Source: Candidatus Micrarchaeota archaeon (GTDB lineage: Archaea > Micrarchaeota > Micrarchaeia > Anstonellales > Bilamarchaeaceae). Taken from it: 63,147 bases of DNA. The stretch is taken from the NCBI GenBank assembly GCA_018812625.1, contig JAHJDH010000012.1:1-63147 (forward strand), in the 5' to 3' direction. The notes under the pieces are model-generated. The model ran no database searches, was not told the DNA's origin, and saw nothing but the letters and a program-made list of their open reading frames with translations. Of the stretch, positions 58,842 to 63,147 are shown piece after piece; the first letter of the stretch is position 1; each line of letters begins with the position of its first letter. The position numbers and the translations under genes were made by a program.

Positions 58842-60062
58842 TCACATGTTCTTGATTATTTCGTCTCCAAACTCAGAGCATTTGAGGAGTGTTGCTCCAT
58901 CGATCTGTCTCTCAAGATCATAGGTTACTCTCTTTGAGCTGATTGCTTTTTCAATGCCTTTTTCAACAAGCTTTGATGCTTCTTCCCATCCAAGATATTG
59001 AAGCATCATAGATGCAGATAAGATTAATGATCCTGGGTTGACCTTATCAAGTCCTGCATGCTTTGGTGCAGTTCCATGAGTTGCCTCAAAGAGAGCAACA
59101 CCAGTAGTATAATTGATGTTAGCTCCTGGAGCCATGCCAAGGCCTCCAACTTGTGCAGCGCATGCATCTGATATATAGTCCCCGTTCAGGTTAGGTGTTG
59201 CAAGTATATCATACTCATCAGGTCGAAGGAGGATCTGCTGGAACATTGCATCTGCAATTCTGTCATTTATGAGTATCTTTCCTTCAGGGATCTTGCCGTC
59301 ATAATTTTCTGCAACTTCTTTTTCAGTTATTGTCTTGTCTCCAAATTGCTCTTTTGCAACCTGGTAACCCCATTCCCTGAAAGCACCTTCAGTAAACTTC
59401 ATGATGTTTCCTTTGTGAACAAGTGTTACTGATCTTCTCTTGTGATCAATTGCATATTGGATGGCTGAAGCGACAAGCCTTTTTGTTCCAGTAATTGAGA
59501 TTGGCTTAACACCGATTCCAGAATCCTCGCGAACGTGCTTTCCCATTTCATTATTAAGGAAGTTGATTACTTTTTTGGCATCGTCAGTGCCTTCTTTCCA
59601 TTCAATTCCTGCATAAACATCTTCAGTATTCTCTCTGAAGACAATAACATCAAGCTTGTTGGGTTCTTTCACAGGCGCAGGAGTTCCTTCAAACCATCGA
59701 ACAGGCCTGACACATGAGTACAGTTCCATAACCTGGCGCATTGTTACGTTTAGGCTTCTGATTCCTCCACCAACAGGAGTTGTAAGAGGCCCTTTGATTG
59801 CTACTAAATGATCTTTGATTGCTTGGATTGTCTCATCTGGTAGGTAGTTGTCAACACTCTTCTTTGCCTCTTCACCTGCAAGAATCTTTTTCCAGACTAT
59901 TCTCTTCTTGCCTCCATATGCCTTTTCTACAGCCGCATCAACGACCTTGCGCATAACTGGCGAAATATCGACTCCAACACCATCTCCATCGATGTGTGGT
60001 ATAATTGGCATATCCGGTACTACAAGTTTCCCATCTTTCATTTCGATTTTTGTTCCTTCCAT
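58842..60062 (-). CDS. icd: Isocitrate dehydrogenase (NADP, E. coli-type)
   Basis: [49 protein letters not shown]. Confidence 0.96.
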   Translation of the reverse strand: MEGTKIEMKDGKLVVPDMPIIPHIDGDGVGVDISPVMRKVVDAAVEKAYGGKKRIVWKKILAGEEAKKSVDNYLPDETIQAIKDHLVAIKGPLTTPVGGGIRSLNVTMRQVMELYSCVRPVRWFEGTPAPVKEPNKLDVIVFRENTEDVYAGIEWKEGTDDAKKVINFLNNEMGKHVREDSGIGVKPISITGTKRLVASAIQYAIDHKRRSVTLVHKGNIMKFTEGAFREWGYQVAKEQFGDKTITEKEVAENYDGKIPEGKILINDRIADAMFQQILLRPDEYDILATPNLNGDYISDACAAQVGGLGMAPGANINYTTGVALFEATHGTAPKHAGLDKVNPGSLILSASMMLQYLGWEEASKLVEKGIEKAISSKRVTYDLERQIDGATLLKCSEFGDEIIKNM

Positions 60063-60070
60063 GTTTTCAC

Positions 60071-61978
60071 CTATTTAGCATACATTATACTTCCACCAGC
60101 AAGAAGCACGTCTTTTGATTTTTCTCCAAGCTCGCAAAGTGCAACAAATTCATTTCCTTTTGTTTTATTCAAAACCTTTACTTTTCCATTTTTTATTCCA
60201 TCTCGAAGATTTTCTAAAACTAGTACATCTCCTTGATCCACATTGTCATAGTCCTCTGGTTTTTCAAACTCAAGAGGAACAATTCCCCAATTCACAAGAT
60301 TTGCCTTGTGAATTCTGGCAAAGTTCTTTGCAATTACTGCCTTGAGGCCAAGATAAAGCGGAGCAATTGCAGCATGTTCTCTTGAAGAACCCTGTCCATA
60401 ATTTTCTCCACCAATTATGAATCCTCCATGTTTTTCCTTTGCTCTCTTTGGGAATTCCGGATCAACATTCACATACACAAATTCACTAATTGCAGGAATA
60501 TTGCTTCGAAGGGGAAGTATCTTTGCTCCAGCTGGCATAATATGGTCTGTTGTAATATTATCTCCTGTCTTTAGCAAAACTTCCTTTTCAATCCTGTCTT
60601 CAACTGCCTTTAGATCCGGAAGCGGTGCAATATTAGGTCCTCGGACAATTTCAATATTTGATCCATCTTCTGGCGGTCTGATGATCATTCCATCATCAAT
60701 TACTGGGCTGGCTGCAGGAATTTCTACAGCATCTCCCAGTTTTCTTGGATCTGTGAATACTCCATTCAGTGCAATTGCAGCTGCTGTTTCTGGCGAAACA
60801 AGATATGCTTCAGCATCTTGCGTTCCGCATCTTCCTTTGAAGTTTCTGTTGAATGTTCTGACTGTGATCGCACCGCTTCTTGGTGCCTGGCCCATACCAA
60901 TGCAAGGCCCGCAAGCAGACTCAAGGATTCTGGCTCCAGAAGAAATAAGATCTGCAAGAGCTCCATTTCTTGCAATTGTTTCATAAACTTGTCTTGAGCC
61001 TGGAAGTACGCAAAATGAAATTCCTGGGTGCACTTTTCTTCCTTTTAGTGCAAGTGCAACTGTCATAAGATCTCTATATGATGAATTAGTACAGCTTCCA
61101 ACAATTACCTGATTTACTTTCTTTCCTTCAAGCTCTGTTACTTTGCAAACCTGGTCTGGCATATGTGGCTTTGCAACATTCGGCTCGATTTTTGAGAGGT
61201 CCAGCTCAATAATTTCTGCAAAGTCTGCTTCTGAATCTGCTTTAAGCTCAACATAATCAGATTCTCTCTTTTGCATTTTCAAATATTCTCTTGTTTTATC
61301 ATCTGATGGGAATACCGATGTAGTCGCCCCAAGTTCCGCTCCCATATTCGTGATGGTTGCACGCTCAGGAACGCTTAATGTTGGGACTCCATCTCCGAAA
61401 TATTCGAATACTTTTCCAACTCCTCCTTTGACCTTGAGCATATTCAAAAGTTCTAGTATTACGTCTTTTGCACTAACCCATGGCTGAAGTTTTCCACTGA
61501 GTTTCACTCCAATAATCTTTGGAGTATTGAAAGTAAATGGAGCGCCTCCCATTGCAAGGGCAACATCAAGACCTCCTGCTCCCATGGCAAGAGAACCTAC
61601 CCCTCCAGCAGTTGGGGTATGAGAATCAGAGCCCAGAAGGGTTTTTCCCGGTGCTGCAAATCGCTCAAGATGCACCTGATGACAAATTCCATTTCCAGGC
61701 CTTGAGAATAAAACTCCAAATTTTGCTGCAACGCTTTTCAGGTAATCATGATCATCTGCATTTCTAAAGTCTGTCTGAAGCATATTATGGTCAACATAAC
61801 TGACTGAAAGTTCTGTTTTTACTCTAGGAACTCCAAGCGCTTCAAATTCCAGGTATGCCATGGTGCCAGTTGCATCCTGGGTCAGTGTTTGGTCGATTTT
61901 TATTGAGATTTCTTTGCCAGATTCTAATTCACCTTCCTTCAAATGTTCCTTTAATATTTTTTCAGTTACACTTGCCAT
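60071..61978 (-). CDS. acn: Aconitate hydratase
   Basis: [46 protein letters not shown]. Confidence 0.94.
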   Translation of the reverse strand: MASVTEKILKEHLKEGELESGKEISIKIDQTLTQDATGTMAYLEFEALGVPRVKTELSVSYVDHNMLQTDFRNADDHDYLKSVAAKFGVLFSRPGNGICHQVHLERFAAPGKTLLGSDSHTPTAGGVGSLAMGAGGLDVALAMGGAPFTFNTPKIIGVKLSGKLQPWVSAKDVILELLNMLKVKGGVGKVFEYFGDGVPTLSVPERATITNMGAELGATTSVFPSDDKTREYLKMQKRESDYVELKADSEADFAEIIELDLSKIEPNVAKPHMPDQVCKVTELEGKKVNQVIVGSCTNSSYRDLMTVALALKGRKVHPGISFCVLPGSRQVYETIARNGALADLISSGARILESACGPCIGMGQAPRSGAITVRTFNRNFKGRCGTQDAEAYLVSPETAAAIALNGVFTDPRKLGDAVEIPAASPVIDDGMIIRPPEDGSNIEIVRGPNIAPLPDLKAVEDRIEKEVLLKTGDNITTDHIMPAGAKILPLRSNIPAISEFVYVNVDPEFPKRAKEKHGGFIIGGENYGQGSSREHAAIAPLYLGLKAVIAKNFARIHKANLVNWGIVPLEFEKPEDYDNVDQGDVLVLENLRDGIKNGKVKVLNKTKGNEFVALCELGEKSKDVLLAGGSIMYAK

Positions 61979-62133
61979 CAAAATCACTTTGAAAACTAGA
62001 ACTTCGTATCCCTAGTAGCCCTTATAAAAGGCTTCTTTCTGCCTGAAAAAGTACGGCAATTGCAGAATTTTGCCATATTCGAAACGCATGCTTATATCCT
62101 TCTATGATCAAAACTAATATAGGGTGGTAAATT

Positions 62134-62607
62134 ATGAAAACGCTAATTGTTTATGTCTCTGAGCATAAGAAAAATACTGAAAAAATAGCAAAAGCTTTTG
62201 CCGAAGTTATTGATGCTGATTTAATCAAGCCAATTTCATGTGAGCTAAATTCTTTTGACAATTACGATCTTGTTGGTTTTGGGTCTGGAATCTATCATTC
62301 AAAATTTCATGCTTCTCTATACAGATTACTTGATCATTGCAGTCCAATCAAAGGGAAGAAGGCATTTATCTTCTCAACAAGCGGACACCCTGAGCACAAG
62401 CATCTAAACAACTATAACAAAGAACTTGAAGCAAAACTTGTTTCTTTGGGCTTTACTGTTATCGGAAACTTTTCCTGCCGCGGCCATGATGCTTGGGGTC
62501 CTCTTCGATTGGTTGGAGGAATCAACCAGAACAAGCCTGATTCTACTGATATTGAGAATGCAAAACAATTTGCTAAAAACCTCAAAAGTAAATTTTCTGA
62601 TATCTGA
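62134..62607 (+). CDS. Flavodoxin family protein
   Basis: YVSEHKKNTEKIA, GFGSGIY, FSTSG, FSCRG. Confidence 0.88.
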   Translation: MKTLIVYVSEHKKNTEKIAKAFAEVIDADLIKPISCELNSFDNYDLVGFGSGIYHSKFHASLYRLLDHCSPIKGKKAFIFSTSGHPEHKHLNNYNKELEAKLVSLGFTVIGNFSCRGHDAWGPLRLVGGINQNKPDSTDIENAKQFAKNLKSKFSDI

Positions 62608-62693
62608 TTTTTCAATAAAATCGCTAGTGCATTTTTTTCCAAATTCTGCACTCTTTCAATTGATTTATATCTTCCTCGATCCTCTCTCTTCTT

Positions 62694-63147
62694 ATGGAGC
62701 TAAAAAACCTCAGAAAATTCTTCTGGATTTTAATTCCGATTATTGCAATTGGCGGAATGTTCTACCCCCTTCTTGGACTTCTTATGGCCCCAATGATGAT
62801 TGCTTTACTTATAATTTCATATTCCAAAGCAAGATATTGGTGTGCCAATATCTGCCCCCGCGGAAGCTTTCTTGACCTTATAATTCGTCCTTTATCTGGT
62901 TTTGGAAAATCTCCAGGATTTCTAAATTCAAAATTATTTCGCTATGTTTTCATGATTTTGTTTCTAGTGCTATTCATCTACAGGATTACTACTGCAGCTC
63001 TGGAAGTTGAAGCATGGATTCTACTTGAAAAAATCGGATTTGTATTTGCCAGCATTTGTCTTATAACAACTGTTGCAGCAACTATCCTTGGGTTTTTTTA
63101 CTCTCCAAGAACGTGGTGCACGTTTTGTCCTATGGGGACGTTGCAGA
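62694..63147 (+). CDS. Membrane 4Fe-4S-binding (NosR/YccM-type CxxxCP) protein, truncated by window end (not in ORF track)
   Basis: Manual translation MELKNLRKFFWILIPII...RYWCANICPRGSFLD...PRTWCTFCPMGTLQ. Confidence 0.85.
   Translation, partial: MELKNLRKFFWILIPIIAIGGMFYPLLGLLMAPMMIALLIISYSKARYWCANICPRGSFLDLIIRPLSGFGKSPGFLNSKLFRYVFMILFLVLFIYRITTAALEVEAWILLEKIGFVFASICLITTVAATILGFFYSPRTWCTFCPMGTLQ

Overview
This is archaeal chromosomal DNA from a DPANN organism, most likely Micrarchaeota (inferred from archaeal-type r-proteins, aTrm56, fibrillarin, GGTGA Shine-Dalgarno sites and compact spacing). Housekeeping blocks: thyX/GGR/ferredoxin/prs/PGM/mscL/trm56; the conserved rps19e-PDCD5-rpl39e-rpl31e-eIF6-rpl18a-pfdA-ftsY cluster; pyrBI; tmk-tRNA-Glu; SRP RNA; rpa-cdc48-M50-bud32; and an acn-icd-aclB-aclA operon. 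The main novelty is a ~26 kb co-oriented locus (5874-32260, minus strand) encoding 1254, ~104, ~2885, 799 and 2874 aa proteins of unknown families. Three of them are almost lysine-free. One has a signal peptide, helical repeats and a beta-barrel-like C-terminus ending in Trp. Two share a C-terminal domain and membrane helices, and one carries an intact SGNH hydrolase. An inverted 3-gene cassette interrupts the locus. A palindrome-TATA promoter motif links the 2874-aa gene to two paralogous lipoprotein genes 35 kb away. Other notable items: an SRP RNA with no room for helix 6, an unclassified 103-nt structured RNA, a Fic-only islet bounded by a duplicated tRNA-Glu 3' end, a half-length Rqc2/NFACT and an apparent ATA start for mscL. 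All assignments and counts are by eye, without database searches or folding software.
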